DNA from: the human T2T-CHM13v2.0 reference genome, Homo sapiens | Length of the DNA stretch: 64,000 nt | Assembly (NCBI RefSeq): GCF_009914755.1 | Contig: NC_060942.1 | Direction: 5' to 3' (one strand) | Shown: positions 1 to 14,988 of the stretch, piece by piece | Numbering within the stretch: the first letter of the stretch is position 1 | How the letters are laid out: every line of letters starts with the position of its first letter | The notes under the pieces: generated by a model | Database searches by the model: none | Told to the model about the DNA's origin: nothing | What the model saw: only the letters and a program-made list of their open reading frames with translations | Program-made: the position numbers and the translations under genes

Positions 1-749
1 GGGCATAGGTAGTATAGAACTAATATTCCAGAAAGAGTTCACATGGATGGTTCATCTTGAAACTTGATTGTTCCCAGGCTGATGTTTCTTATTCTACTCC
101 AGTGGAATTACTTCATTTCAGGTATTAAATATCTGGCCTTGGAGGTCTGCTTCAGTTCTGAAGGACACCCACATGCTCAAAAAGGCTCAAAGAGGCTTTG
201 TACATAGAAGATCTGGTGGCTCCCCTCTTTTCATTGTGAAAGTAGTCACCTGCTCTTTAGAGTAGGGATATAGAGATAAACCATACTGACTCTCAGGGTC
301 CCCAACACTGAAAGACACGGTCACTATTATTATAATCATGGTTGGTTTATTGCTCCAAGCCCTGTTTTTATAGTCAAATGTAGCAACCACACTATATATT
401 CAGGTTCTACCTTCTGTTGCAAACCACTAAGCCATTTTGCTGCAAAAAGGACAACTCTGACTCCCCTGCCATCCAGATGTTGTGAAAGGTATTTCATTTA
501 TTTTTAAATTCATCCAATCATTCATCCAATGTCCACTCTCAGCAACATGTGTGAAAACCATGCTAAATATACATCCTCAGTGCCTGCCACCTTAGTGGGT
601 CTGCAGTAAGTTGTCTATTGAGAAAAGCTTGGGTGCTGTAGTCTTATCGTCATTAAAAAGTGGGCAGGATCTATAAATAGCACCCAAATTTTAAACTACT
701 TTTCTGGAGCAAAATGTTTGCTTAGTCTCGCCATGCAATATTTAAAACT

Positions 750-935
750 ATTTATTTTGAAGTAATTATAGATTGGCAGGAAATGGCAATGATAATATAG
801 AACGGTCCTATAGACCGTTCACCCAGGTTCCCCTAATGGTAACATCTTGTGTAACTATAGTAGGACCAGGACATTGTCCCAATGTCAATTGCAGGTCTCA
901 CCAGCTTTACACATACTCATTTGTGTCATCACACA
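750..935 (-). mobile_element. Old L1 (L1MB/L1MC-type) 3' UTR fragment
   Basis: ttttgaagtaattatagatt...ttcacccaggttcccctaatggtaacatcttgtgtaactatagta resembles the reverse complement of L1MB/MC 3' ends (recalled consensus). Confidence 0.65.
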
Positions 936-1060
936 TTTGCTGATTGTCTGGCATCTTTGAAGAGCTTACTTAGAACTTTTAGAGGCACAACTTTCTCCTA
1001 AGAGTCCATTTATGGTAGCTTCTAATTGGGCTAGTTTCTCAAGATCTCAGAGTCAGTATA

Positions 1061-1112
1061 CTCTCTCTCTCTCGCTTTCTCTCTCTCTCTTTCTCGCTTT
1101 CTCTGTCTTTCT
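1061..1112. repeat. (CT)n-rich microsatellite
   Basis: ctctctctctctcgctttctctctctctct... seen directly. Confidence 0.9.
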
Positions 1113-2454
1113 CAAGAACACAAGCAAATAGGGTTCTGATATGTAGTAGTAATGAAGAGATAAGAAAGTCTGGTACTTGTGGCTATTGATTAAAATCTGT
1201 GATTGGACCCAGCATAAAGCCAGGAGAGGGTAGAATTATACTAAGCAAATAGGCTTTATTCCAGAGGCTGAGGAGAACCTCCATCCCTAAACAGTGTGGC
1301 AAAAAAAGGAGCATGAGGAAGAGAAGAACTAATCTGTAACAGGCACATGCTGAATATTTCCCAGCAAGGTTCCATGTGCTGGGTCAGGAGGCTGGGAGCC
1401 CAGACAAACCCTGCACCGTGGTTCCAGCACTTTTGAGTTTGAGCTCCCTGCTTGCCAAGCTCCTGGTGATCCAGAGGACCTCAGGAAGATCCAGACAGTG
1501 GGGAGGGGCGGGGAGAAGAGGTGAGGGGGAGTTTTCCCAGCCAAAACCTACTTCAATGGATCAGCCAGCCTCTGAATAGCAGCTTTTGACATCTCAGTGG
1601 GTTGTGAGGGAGGTGTGGTCATCACAAATGAAACAGACCACAGGGGGTGCAGGAGACCTCTGCAGGGCCCCTAATCAATTACTAAAAACATGGAGAGGGT
1701 CCTTGGAAAATGAGTGAAGGAGACAGACGCATGCTGACACTCAGTGGTATCGCTGGGCACCAAAGGAGAAACTGGGGGATTTTCAGCTTCACAGAGGATG
1801 GGGTGATTGTTTCCTTTCATCAGCCGTTGCCCTCAGAAAACAAAACAAAAACCAGAAGAGAAACATTGCCTATGGAAAAAAAATACATATAGAGGCTGAA
1901 AAGGAGGAAATAAAAGGAATGAAATTTGCTTTTACGAAATAATTTAAATAGTCTTGAATGCCCAGAGGGCCCAGGCACTATATTATGTGTTACAGAGAGG
2001 TTGCTATCTCCCAAAGGGGATATGAAATGGGAGATGAATATTATTAATCATCCCTATTTGCTATATGTTAGGAAACTGAGAAAAAGTGAAAATGAGTGAT
2101 TTTCCTTCAGATTCACATGCTGTGGCAGCCACAGGGCTGGGATTGACAGACAAAAGCATGACGCCCTGCAAAGCAGAAGAGACACCAGCAGGCTGTGGGG
2201 GCTCATGCAGTTGAATGCAATGATGCCCAGGATCCCCATAAGCCACCTAGCAGCGGGGTCGTCTGCTGCCTGAAGTACCCTGTAGGAGTGGCTGGGGACT
2301 CCTTTGCTGGGTCATGTCCACCAGCAGTTCACCTGCTTGGCTTGGGCTGGCTCGAGTTCACTTAAAGGGACTTTAAGGGATTGGGTTGATGTTGAACCTC
2401 ATTGATCAAACTGAGATTACAGGGAACAGACTAGAACATCAGATTCACTAGACA

Positions 2455-2545
2455 GGAACTATCTATTTAGTTTACTTCTATATCCCCAGGACCTGGAACA
2501 TTGCCTGGGGCCCAATCCGTATGTGTGGGATAAAGGAACAGATCA
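2455..2545 (+). mobile_element. L2 3' end fragment
   Basis: tatatccccaggacctggaacattgcctgg resembles the L2 tail motif. Confidence 0.5.
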
Positions 2546-5204
2546 TATTGCCACTTTCTCGGTGCTGGTCATGGTGACAGGCACTAGAAACAGAGAGATG
2601 AATAAGTCAGCCCTTCCTGAAGAATTCTGTGAGCACCTAAGAGGTGTTATGAAGGGGTAGGGAGGAGGAAGTTCTTTGACCAAATAAACATAAGAAGTTT
2701 GGTTTTATTTCAGAAGGATTTCTCATAGACTTCAATAAGTGAATATGGCTTGTGAATTCCCAAGAGGGGCATATATTTGCATCCTTTCTGAAGTATAATT
2801 GATGTTAAAAACCCACTCCCTGTTCTGCACACACCTTTACAGTGTATACTGGGACTGGTGTTTGTTCCTTGGGGAAAGCATGGCACCTGCCCTTGAGTAG
2901 CTCCTGATCTCTTGGTAGCCACTTCCATCCAAGGTCTGCCAAGCAATAACTCGGTCTTCCATGCTCACTGGTCTGAGAGATGACTGGATCACTGTAAGAC
3001 CACGACTGCCAACTACTTTACCCCAGACATTTTTGCCTACTGTGGTCCCTAGATAGTCGTTACCTGGATTCCCAACCCCAGGCCCTGGAACATATGGGTA
3101 GAAGTCCTAATCTCCTAAAAACAGTCAGTTCTAAATCTATGCATGTGCTCATGATCTGATATTTAAAGCTGAGATAGACTCAGAAACCTTGAAGACAGTT
3201 CTGCTCTCAGTAATTCTGACCTGGTAACACAAAGTCTAAATCCTGCCACCATGCCCATCATCGACACAGGGATGAATAACAAAAGAAAACCGCTCTTTCA
3301 ACCCCACAGCCAGAACATGCCTTCATAAGACAGAGCCCAGAGTTTGCAACGTGTGGCGTTCAAAGTCCCCACATTTCAGCCTCGATCTCCCATGTGGAGG
3401 GCCGTGCATTCTCTCGGGCAGTGGACTCTACCCTTGCTGTAGTCCGAATAAATCACCAGTGCCCTGGTACTGAAGGGAGTTAATTGCGTTTGGAAATACT
3501 CCAGGTACTGAGGTTGGTTTGGTCAAAGACGTGGGCAAGGGTAGGGTAACATATGCATCCACTTTCATGAAATACACGTTAAGAATAGTGGGCTCTGTGT
3601 TGCCTAATTTATAATGGATCCCACACACACTCCTCCCTGCCTTCTTTTCCTGGCGAAGAATGTGAGGAACCATGGCAGTATTTTTCTTTTAGGTATAACA
3701 GTCTGTCAGTATCAAATTCTCTCAGTCAGTGGGGAGCATATAGTGTTGATTTACTGAAAATCTGGGATTATGTCTGCTCTGTGGTGAGTAGATTTAAGAG
3801 AGGAGAGGTAAGGGTCTCGGAAAGGTGAGGAAAAACACAAATGAAAGCTAGCAGGGAAAAAATAGCTTGACAGTTAAGATACAGTGCAGCCACCATCAAA
3901 ATCTTCTAGAAAGAGAAGCCCAGGAAGGAACACACTCACATACACATGAACACCCATGTACATCCGTTTCAAGTCCCATGTACTGGAAGGTTTGCAACCT
4001 TTTCAATTAACCCCTTTCTCTTTGGGGCACTCCGGATGTGTCAATGAAGGCTTAAATACTGTCATGTTTCACGCTGGAGAGAAATTGTGACAACAGACAC
4101 AAAGTTTTGTTTCAGTTTTTAAGAACTGGCTTAAAAAAAAAAGATTTGTGGCGAGTAAAGGGAATTCTTTTCTTCAAGGGCCCTTTGACACTTGACTACA
4201 TTCCTGGACCTTTTTGTCACCAACATTTCATTATCCTGATCATATCCCTAGCCTCCTGCTCTTTCTCTCCTTTGCCTCAAAATAGCTGTCACCCTGTGTT
4301 ACTTTACCCCAAGACTATTCCCTAGGAGCACCTCAACCTTCCCTTTCTTCTTTTACTCTTCCTCCTCTTTGTCCTGTTTTGAAGTGGAATACAGTAACTA
4401 AATAGAATTAAAATGTGGGGAAAATAACACAAACCCTGTGGCAGTATCTGGGTGCTTTTGAGAAGAGATTTTGGTACCTTTCTCTTTTCTGGGGCAAGGC
4501 TCCCGGCAAGTGCTGGGAAGGATAGAGTCGTGGAAGTGGTGGCAAGTGGGTGACGGGAGTTCTGGGGTTGATTTCACCCCCTTCCTGCTCCCTGACCCTC
4601 ACTATCTTCAAGAAAATTTCCTCCGAGGCTTCAGGGTGGTTGGCAGGGGTGCAGTGACTTTTGTCATCAAGCATCCCAGCACTGATGCTGTGACTCAGTA
4701 GCTCTAGAAGAATCAGATGAGAAAGGCAAGCGCTGAGGCTCCCATCCGATAGCTACAAGGGATTCAATGTGTCTTTCTGAAGGCCACTGGCAGCTGCAGA
4801 AGTGAAGGATGTTGGGGATGGGGAAGGACCACACTTGTAAACCCCGATTGCTGTGGCCACCAAGAGACACAGGCACTGCTGAGTGTCTCAGAGCTTGAAA
4901 AGAGAGATGAGGAAAAAGAAAAAGAGGAAAGAGGGGATAAATAATAGTAAAGAAGATGCCACTAGCATTCTGTAACTCCAGAAAAGAATACAGAGATATC
5001 CAGTTGTGAATGAAGCAACATTTTGTCTCTTTATTTTATTTAAATTATATATTCTTCATCTGCATACTTGGGGTTCCTGTGATTTTGCTAAGTGGACTGT
5101 CTTAGCCTGTGACTCTCCAAGACCTGCCTCCGAGTTTAGGGCAGGGGTCCTCTGTGAGGAAGCCTGGGTTCTGCTGTTAGAAGCTGTAAAGCCAGCCTGC
5201 CTGT

Positions 5205-5323
5205 TGAGTCACCATGTGCCTGGAATAACCCTGGTTTATGCCTGTTGTCTCTGAGTGATTATGACTAATACCCCCTTTCACTAAAGTGTCCTGATTTTAA
5301 TGAGAAATTACATAGTCAGTCTA
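5205..5323. mobile_element. hAT-Blackjack MITE (MER94-like)
   Basis: ctggtttatgcctgttgtc...cccctttcactaaagtgtcctgatttt...atagtcagtcta matches recalled MER94-type consensus. Confidence 0.55.
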
Positions 5324-6339
5324 CATATAGACAAATTAAAGACTTCTTTTAATAGGACTATCAACCACACCTCCCACGTTCATTGAGACTAAAAACTGCC
5401 TGAAAAGAGTTACTGCAAAATGAAATTCCAGGGCAAAGAATAACTCCTTCAAGATCATTTCTCCTCCTCAGAGACAAGTGCAATTAGACCTCAGAAGAGG
5501 CTCCCGTTCACACATACTTGGGCCCTATTTGGATGGTATTTCTCTCTCCCTCTCTCCCTCATTTTTTTTTTTTTTTTTTTTTTTGCACATGGATCCAGCT
5601 ATTCAAAATGGCACAAGAACCTGGTTGTGACCAATGTCATTCACAAAGCAGCATGACAATGACAAGTGTAATAGCGAAATCCTACATAATAGTGGACCAG
5701 CAATGGGGCCCACAGGGCTGGCCAGCTTGGGGTTCATAGAGGGCCCTTTAAAAATTTAGCCTTAGGGGTGCCTTTCACTTTATTATCGAGACCCAGAAAG
5801 AATGCTAGGGCCTATGAAAGAAACAACTGCAACTCCTCTCAGATTCTCTTCATACTGCATGCTGCAACAAAGCCTGCCTTTTTTACATTTCAAAAGAGGC
5901 TGCTTTCTCTTTAAAAAGTAGGAGCTACTTGGTCTGATGCGGCTGCCTTTATCAACCATGAAGTTCCCAGCAAGGTGCTGTTAGTGCCTGATTAAACCTC
6001 ATACCAACCCATGTCCCCCATGGTAACCCAGAAGACATCCGCTGAGACCCGGAGCACTGATTCAGTTTAATTGCCCAGGCTCTCTGTGATGACCGGATTT
6101 CTTGTCTCTCAAGGCCTGGAATAGAAATCCATGTGATCAGATGAACTATCCGGGTGTCTTGACAGATCTGAAATATGAATATGGATATGGTGTTGTGCTC
6201 CGCAGTGACTTATGAAACCCCAACGGTAAAATATGATCTGCCATTGAAACAATTTCAGCAGTGTGTGCATGATTCACATAAAACTCATTTTCTAGTGGAA
6301 CACTAATTATTAATAAATCAGACCAAAAATGGAAAAACA

Positions 6340-6442
6340 ATGTGTGTATACATACACATGTAAGATGTACACATATGTATAAAATATACATAAGTATATA
6401 TTTATACACATATATTTCTTTACCTGTATATAAAAATATATA
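6340..6442. repeat. TA/CA-rich low-complexity tract
   Basis: degenerate tatata/catata repeats seen directly. Confidence 0.75.
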
Positions 6443-9353
6443 GGGCCCCATTTAGACTGTATCGGTCTTTGTATTCTTGCTTTTCTTGGACTAATAAGAT
6501 CATAACAACTTGTATTTACAAAGTATCCTACTCCAAGGAATTTGAACATTGATAATATCTGGTTTATTCACCCTCTTCTGCAGGGAATGAAGAAATAGAT
6601 GGTGTCACCTCCTTTAATTTCCTAGAAAGAGAAAACAAGGCACTGATGCAGCCCGCGATGAGCAGGAATGGGAACCTGCAATCTCCTGGAATCTGCAACA
6701 CATTGCTGCTCTATCAGAAGAAGAAATGCAAGGAAGAAGTCAGATAAGATGCTCTAACAATCCTTGGGTCACTGGATTCCTCCTAGAACCTCCCTTCCTT
6801 CTGGAAAGCCATCAAAAGTAAAGGCACTGGCCCTATAGGACCACAGGGTCACTTAAGGAACATTACAGAGCAATGATTCTTGACCTTCTCAGCTTCAAAC
6901 TCCCTTCTAGAAATTGCACCCCCTTCCCCACCTCACACTATTTGTTCCAAAGGCTTTTATCTACCAAAGTTGATGGGGGGGCTCTAAGAACAGCTTGAGA
7001 TTTACTGGTCATACCCCAGAGTCCCTGTGCTGACATCGACATCTTTCCCATCCACACAAATTATCCGTCGTTAACACATGGACGTGCTATATTTCTAACC
7101 AAATCAAAGAACTTGTACCGATCTTTTCTGCAGCCTTATTCTGAGTAAATATGTGATTTCCATTAGGCTTTTTGAAATATGTAAAATATATAGACTCCCA
7201 TTACCACCTTCAGGACCTCTAGGTGTTTGGGGACCTTTACTAGGAATTCACTCCTATGCCCAAAATGAGTTTGAAGATGAAAATTATAGCTAGGCGGGGA
7301 AAGAACTGTTGGTGTAACAAGATATTTAAAAGCAAAAATTTTTCCCCACCTGGGTAGGTCAGGGCCTAGCATTGGAGAAAGGGATGTTTTCAAAATGAGA
7401 GTAACTGCTAAAGCAAAATGTGTAAAACTGAGACATTGGGCAAAGAAGGGAAAAGAAGGGAAGGGTGTTGGCTTATAAGAGAAGACAATTCTGCTGTGTT
7501 AAACTGTTTCCCCTGAAACAACATTTCCACTCAGCTGGGAAATTTTCTGGGCTCCTGAAACTTCATTAGGTTTCTGGCAATTACCCCAAGGAGACCCCCT
7601 AAAAGGTAGGCAATAGTTACACAACTGACATGCATTGTGTGACAGAAATAAAGGAAGCTGCACATGCTTTTATTCATTAACGTATTTTTTCCACAGTGCC
7701 ATAAGGAAGGAAATTGTAAATTTGTAATCAGGCAGATCTCTAAGTTTTCCAAGAATGGCTGTTCTCTTCCCAACTAGGGTTAAAAGACAATTTGTTGCAC
7801 TCTGGGCAAATCCCGACTTGGTTCCTGTCTTACTTAAGGTTTCAGAAATAGTCATAAATCTTTTAAAATATTTATTATTAATTCATTTTGGGGCAGCTTT
7901 TATGATTCTAAAACTTCAGGATCTGTTTGAATGTTTCCTGAGTCTCAAGTTTCATGGAGAAAGGCTGACAGGGAACCAAATTCCACCAGTGGTTTGGTGG
8001 TGTGTGAGCAGGCCATCAGCCAGAACATTCTAACATGTCTACAAAGGGCGTGATTTGGGGTCGTCTCTGCCGAGAAATTCTATGGACTAGGGGGAAACAC
8101 TTTCTTCTTTCCCCCAGTACTATTTGGACTAGTTTCTAAAAATGGACAGAAACACCCTGTCAGCCTTGTGAGAAATCCAATCATCTTGTTAATAAACAGA
8201 AAAGGGTACTATCAACATGACTTATTTTCCACTAACTAGTTAATGCAAGTAAGACAAGCTAATAGGCAAAATTCAGATTTCATTTCATCTATTGCTTCAC
8301 CCCACACCAAATGTAAATGTAAAAGTCTCCTGAATTGGGTGTGTTATAATCTCGGTCCACTGACAGATTATCTAGAAGCAGACTCACATTTCCCCCAAAA
8401 AAGAACCCTGTAAAAATAGCCATTGCTCTGTGTAGATATCAAATCTGTGCCTCCTGCAGGGAGTGCAGTGGATGCAGAAACCCAAATCCACCTTCAGGAG
8501 AGGCAGCCTGGAGGAGTAGCATGAAGCAAGGAAAGAAGAGTTGGTGGATGGGTTCTCAAAAAATCTTCCTTACAGCCAAGTCTGTGAGGTCAGGGGATAG
8601 TCTCCCAAGGGAAGTGGTGGGAGCCCCACAGTTAGAGGCATTTAGAAGGGGCCTTGATGGAAAAATGGAAATGTAACCCTAGGTTAAAAACTGTGCCCTG
8701 AAAAGGGATAAGGGAGACAAGCTTAAAGAGATTCTTTCAGCTCTAATTTCTAAGAATCCCATTAGACTACAGAGAAAAAAAATAAAAGAAAAAATGAAAC
8801 AGGAAAAAAAGGAAACAAAAGCCAGAAGAGAAAATAATGTTAAGGCACACTGTTAAGAAACACACCGGAAGACCCTCATGATCTCCCAGCTACTGTTCCA
8901 TCTGAATGCTGTGTAAGGGTTTGCAAGCTGAAAATCAAGTGAGCAGAGGGGAGATCCCTCTCAACTGACTGTGAACAAACCCTGCGAACTCCAGAGCCAT
9001 TTGTCTAAACCAAGTGCTGAAAGAAAGGAAGCCCGAGATGGGGTAGCCACGAAGATTCATTTCCTTGTGGAGTTTGGCTATTCCTCCTCACTTTTAATCA
9101 ATGCAATCCTGTCTAAATAGCCTACTTTCCTTAGCAAAGAAGTCTGGATTTAAGCTCTGAGCTTGCTTTTTTTTATTAAAGGCGTGTTGGCAATATCATG
9201 GTACATGACTTCCCTGATTTCTAGCAAACAGAGTCATAGATAACCTGAATACCAGAGTGCTAGCTGCTTCACCCCAGTTGAAATCAGCCTAGAATAAACA
9301 TGTAAGTCATATAGTATTCCAGTATGAATAAACACGATCTGTGTATTTATAAC

Positions 9354-9377
9354 TGTGTGTGTGTGTGTGTGTGTGTG
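9354..9377. repeat. (TG)n microsatellite
   Basis: about 12 TG units seen directly. Confidence 0.95.
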
Positions 9378-10284
9378 CATCTGTGAGTGTGAGTATGGTG
9401 AACAGCAGACATTTCCATGCTTAGGATTTTTTCTTTTAACTGGTGAAAATAACTGTGACCTGAATTGAGAATGAACCAGGCTCCAAAAAGGCAGTTTTCC
9501 TGAACATGTACAGACAAAGGAAATAGTTTCCTTACCAGAAAGGAGTCACTTGAAAGCTTTTAGGCCAGACCGTGCTCGGGCTCAGATTTCTTTTCTTTCA
9601 GCCCTTTGATGAACAACTCATATGGAGATTCAAGCGTCTTGTGCCTGGTTTGAATTTAAGCTGTTGCTGACTTTAGTGGAAAACTTTCATAAACTCAACT
9701 CAGGCTTTCTTCCTTTCCCCACGACTGCTGACCAGGTTTTGATATATCTTTGGATATTCATCTTGAGTCATTCATTCTCAGTGTGATCATTATTATCAAC
9801 TTGACGGAAAACAATTTTTCTGCAAGAGAGACTGAATTCAGTCTTCTTTCTCTTGCAGCTCTGAGTTCTGTCATTCTTCTGGAGCAGTGGGAGGGTGAGG
9901 CGGGGCTGGGAGACTACTGGATGCAGGAAGGAGGATGGAATGGGAGTGAAGCCTGCCGACAGCTGCTGGAGATCGCATATCTCTGTGGCAGAGTTATTGC
10001 TGGGACAATACCACATGGATCCCTTCCAGTACCCTAGCAAGAGGGCATAATCTCCACATGCCAAAGCCCTTCTTCAGGAATGAGCTGCATAGAGAGTGTA
10101 GTTTTCAAGAAAAGCCTTGCCCTCAAAACAGGACTCTTCCTGTGGCTCACTTGAGAATAGTTCCCTGAAGGATTTCCCCCCATTTTTGCTGGGCTTTTTG
10201 GTGACAGTTGAAAGTTTGGAATGCCCAGAACACTTTGTTCAGGAACCTGTGCTGCCTTCAGAATTGCGCAGTGAAAAACAAGAG

Positions 10285-10445
10285 CCTTGGAATCAACCCA
10301 GCCTGGATTTGGAGCCCAGCTTTGCCACTTACATGGGTAACTTTAATAACAAGTCTTCCTGGTCCTCAGTGTATATGTGAATTTAAGAAATCCTCAATTT
10401 CTGGATATTGGAAAGATTAAATGAGATTATGCTTCTAAAGTTCAC
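10285..10445 (+). mobile_element. MIR SINE
   Basis: cctggatttggagcccagctttgccacttac...aagattaaatgagattatgc, MIR core and tail motifs. Confidence 0.7.
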
Positions 10446-11059
10446 TGTCTCTGCTTCACTCTTCCTCTCTGACCCTATGCTCTTGTTGATAACTTTGCAA
10501 ATTCTCCTGGTCCTACGTAACTAAAACAATTGTGTCCCGTCCAAGCATAGAGGATCCAAGAATGATCCCTAGGGTGTGTGGGGCCCGAGGCGAATCACAT
10601 GGTGTGTCTTCACTCCCTACATGTTTACAAAGACACAATCAGATTTAAGCGATTTTGAGGGCAGGTTTGAGTTGAAAATGAAAAATATCACAAAAAAGGA
10701 GAAGTCTAAGGAATATGTGTGGAAGCAGGAAAAGGGGGCATCCTGTTTGGCCTCAGGGTGGCTGTGTGGGGCACTGTAAGTTGCTCCACGCCCAGCAGCA
10801 CTGATCTCCAGAGGCCCCTGAATTCAGCTCAGCACTTGCTCACTGCTGAAGCCATCCTGATTGGCCAAGACCTCTGGGAGTGGCTCTCACAGGAACCCTT
10901 CTCTCTTGCAGTTCCTGAACTTCAGGAGGCTCACTTGCCACAGTTCTTGCACAAACTTTGTTGCAAATGAGCCAAGTAGTTTGTATTTGTTTTTATAATG
11001 GTGCAAATCCGACAGGTAACTACCCACACAACCACTTCATTTAAAAATATATAAGACCA

Positions 11060-11355
11060 AGCCAGGCACAGTGGCTCATGCCTGTAATCCTAGCACTTTG
11101 GGAGGCCAAGGCGGGTGGATCATTTGTGGTCAGGAGTTCAAGAACAGCCTGGCCAACATGGCAAAACCTGGTCTCTACTAAAAATACAAAAATTAGCCAG
11201 GCGTGGTGGTATATGTCTGTAATCCCAGCTACTTGGGAGGCTGAGGCCCGAGAATCACTTGAACCCAGGAGAACCCAGGAGACAGAGATTGCAGTGAGCC
11301 AAAAATGCACCACTGCACTTCAGCCTGGTTGACAGAGCAAGACTCCGTATTAAAT
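11060..11355 (+). mobile_element. Alu (AluS-type) with internal 10-bp tandem duplication
   Basis: gccaggcacagtggctcatgcctgtaatcc...tactaaaaatacaaaaattagcc...; gaacccagga repeated at 11261-11280. Confidence 0.97.
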
Positions 11356-11427
11356 ACATACATATATATCCATTTTTATATATATATACACACATATATA
11401 TATCCATTTTTATATATATCCCATTTT
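11356..11427. repeat. AT-rich minisatellite-like tract (tatatatccatttt x3)
   Basis: three copies of tatatatc(c)catttt with (TA)n/(CA)n spacers between two Alus. Confidence 0.85.
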
Positions 11428-11428
11428 A

Positions 11429-12428
<1,000 letters not shown>

Positions 12429-13989
12429 GACGGAAATCCCCCTTCATTAACAACAGCCAGCAGTTGCCTTGTTACGAAGTGTTTCTTGCCCAATAGAATA
12501 GAAAAACAATAACTCTTTGGCATTCTATTTTTTTTCCATTCTAAATCTATAATACAGACCAGTATATTACATGGGCGCATCATTTCCTGCTACTGCCATT
12601 GTCTCTGCCATCTCAGGAAAGGAGCTGAGAAGTGGATTCTAAAGATAGTGACAGTTCCAAGACCTCATTCTCCTTTATGCAGAATGACTGAACACAAACA
12701 TCCCAGTCCTTTTCCATCATGTTAAAATTGATGATGTGCTCCAAGTCTGGCCAGAAAGCATGTGCTTTTCCAGACACACAAAAAACTAAATTTATACCGC
12801 CTTAAGGGACAAAGAGTGGCATTAACGCCGGGAATGGTTGCCCAGTTGAAAAACAGGAGGTTGTAAGGGAACAGTTATTTAAAAGTCACTCTGATATGAC
12901 CTGTTCCCCAAACAATTCATTGCTGGGTCACAGTCATTGTTGCTAGGTTGCATAACATTTATTACTATGGTGTCCTGGGCCCCCTGGATTGGTAACAGAC
13001 ACATCTATTCCTCAGAGGATGAGCAAAGGTTGATAATGTCCTCTTACCCTAGGCGAGCTGAACTTCAACCGCCAAGATACTGGTTGGACATTAAGACTTT
13101 GCAACACCTATCATTGTCTGTCACCTCCCGAGATAAACTCTCTCGTGACTGGTTTCTCCCGTCACCAGCCACTGATATTTTATTATATCTCTTTTGTAGA
13201 CTGGCTCTTGGGTCCCTGACACTGTCTGGCTAGATTTGGTCATATGCTCAAAGCTAAATTCACAGACCTCCAGACCTCACAGTGTGATGGGATAGGAAAT
13301 AATCAGAGAGGCCTGGACGGAGTTAGACTGTCAGAGAAACTGCAAATCAGCAAAAGAATGAAAGCCCCTTGACCCTGAGCACATCTGCCACGTATTTAAT
13401 TCTATGTTCTTGCCAAGCCCTGAAAACCCTGGCTGGGGAGACTTGGGAGCGAATGGGGTTATGAAGTCTAGGAGAACGTAGAGGTGAGAAGGCTGGCAGG
13501 TTGCCGGCTGCTGCGCTCCCCTCCTGGGTCAGGGACCGGGAGTGAGATCGGTGGTGGTGAAGTAGACACTGTGAGCCATGAAGATAGTCAGGGACACAAA
13601 TGTAACCAGCTACGTGCGGGTGTCTGGATGACCCGCCACAAGATGTACTGCATCGATTTTATTTGCTCGCTTCTTTGCCAGCTGGCTCCAGAGCAGAGGA
13701 AGCAAATGAGCTTTTCCCTGTTCCTTGGGGTTTCTGATCTCAGGGCTACGTTAAGGAGATCCCAACATTTGGGAGGAAGTGAGCCCATGAGTTCCTGAAT
13801 TCCTGAGTGGCTTCTCATTTCCACATCTTACGGTCAAATTAGAAATGGGTGCAGAAAAGTTTTGTTTGGGAAATGGCAGAGGGACCTTCCTGTTAGGGCT
13901 GCACCTACTTCTCCAGCCTCCTTCTCACCTCCTGCAACCTCCTGCATTTTAGTTCTGGGAAGACTGAGGATCTGCTATTGGTTTCTTTT

Positions 13990-14245
13990 CACTGCTCTTC
14001 ACATTCCCCAGCTTTCTCATCTGGTTCAAATGTCACTGTCTCTTGGAAGCTTTCCTGGATTTCCTAAGCAGACTTAGATTACCCTTCCCAGCTGTCTTTT
14101 AGCATACCTCATATTCTTCACTATGTGAGGAGCTAGAATAATTCATTGATCTATGTTTCCTACTAACCAAAAAGTGTTTGAAGATAGAAATCCCATTATA
14201 TTCCCAGTCTGGCACATGACAATGATTCAATAATTGTTTGGTGAG
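13990..14245 (+). mobile_element. L2 3' fragment
   Basis: caaatgtcactgtctcttggaagctttcctg...tctggcacatgacaatgattcaataattgtttgg. Confidence 0.65.
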
Positions 14246-14649
14246 GAGAGGACATTCCTACATTAGACACTAGTTTTCGATATAGACCTGGGCTGTGGAC
14301 CTTTGGTCATGGTAACAGACTGTGTGTGATGGATACACCACAGGGGAAAATCTATGAAGCCTCAGGGATTTTTAAAAAAGAAAAATGGCCCCAATTGATT
14401 TTTTTTATGTTAGTTGCTTGGGTACATTGTTTTGGGGAGGCAAAGCTAGAGATGCTGGATGAGCACAAAGCAATCGTATATGTACCCAGCACAGGAAACT
14501 TGGCCACCTTGGAGATGCCAAGAGGAATCCTGCCCAATTCAGGTGCTCCACACTGAATGCACCTATGCAAACTCAATTAAATCTCTCCTTCAGAAAAATA
14601 AAGAAAAGGCAAATAAAGATCAGAGATAATAAAGTTCCAAAATACTTTG

Positions 14650-14988
14650 TGGGCATACCTACTTTTCTTATACTCTCATTAGACTGAGGCATATGATGTT
14701 TTCTGGCCAATGGACTGCAACTGGAACATGCAACACTTCTGGGCCAAAGCACATAAAAGTAGGCAGAATTCTCCAAGCACTTGCTTCCCTGCTGTGGTGA
14801 TCATGGAGGACTCATGTTGAGATGGCGGAGCAAGAGGATCAAAGCAGCCTGGATCACTGAGTCACCGCATGGAGAGTAGCAGTGTCTTGGAGAGTTGCCC
14901 AAACCCACAGCAGAGTTTGAGTGAAAAATAAATGTTTACTGTTATGAGCCACTGAGTTTTGGGGTGGGAGATAGCCTATCCTGACTAG
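14650..14988 (+). mobile_element. MaLR LTR (MLT1J/I-like)
   Basis: ttctggccaatgga...gcagcctggatcactgagtcaccgcatggagag...gagccactgag...gcctatcctgacta. Confidence 0.8.

Noticed and set aside
11356-11427. Repeat-spacer-like pattern suggestive of CRISPR
   Set aside because: Low-complexity spacers, three short units, eukaryotic Alu context and no cas genes
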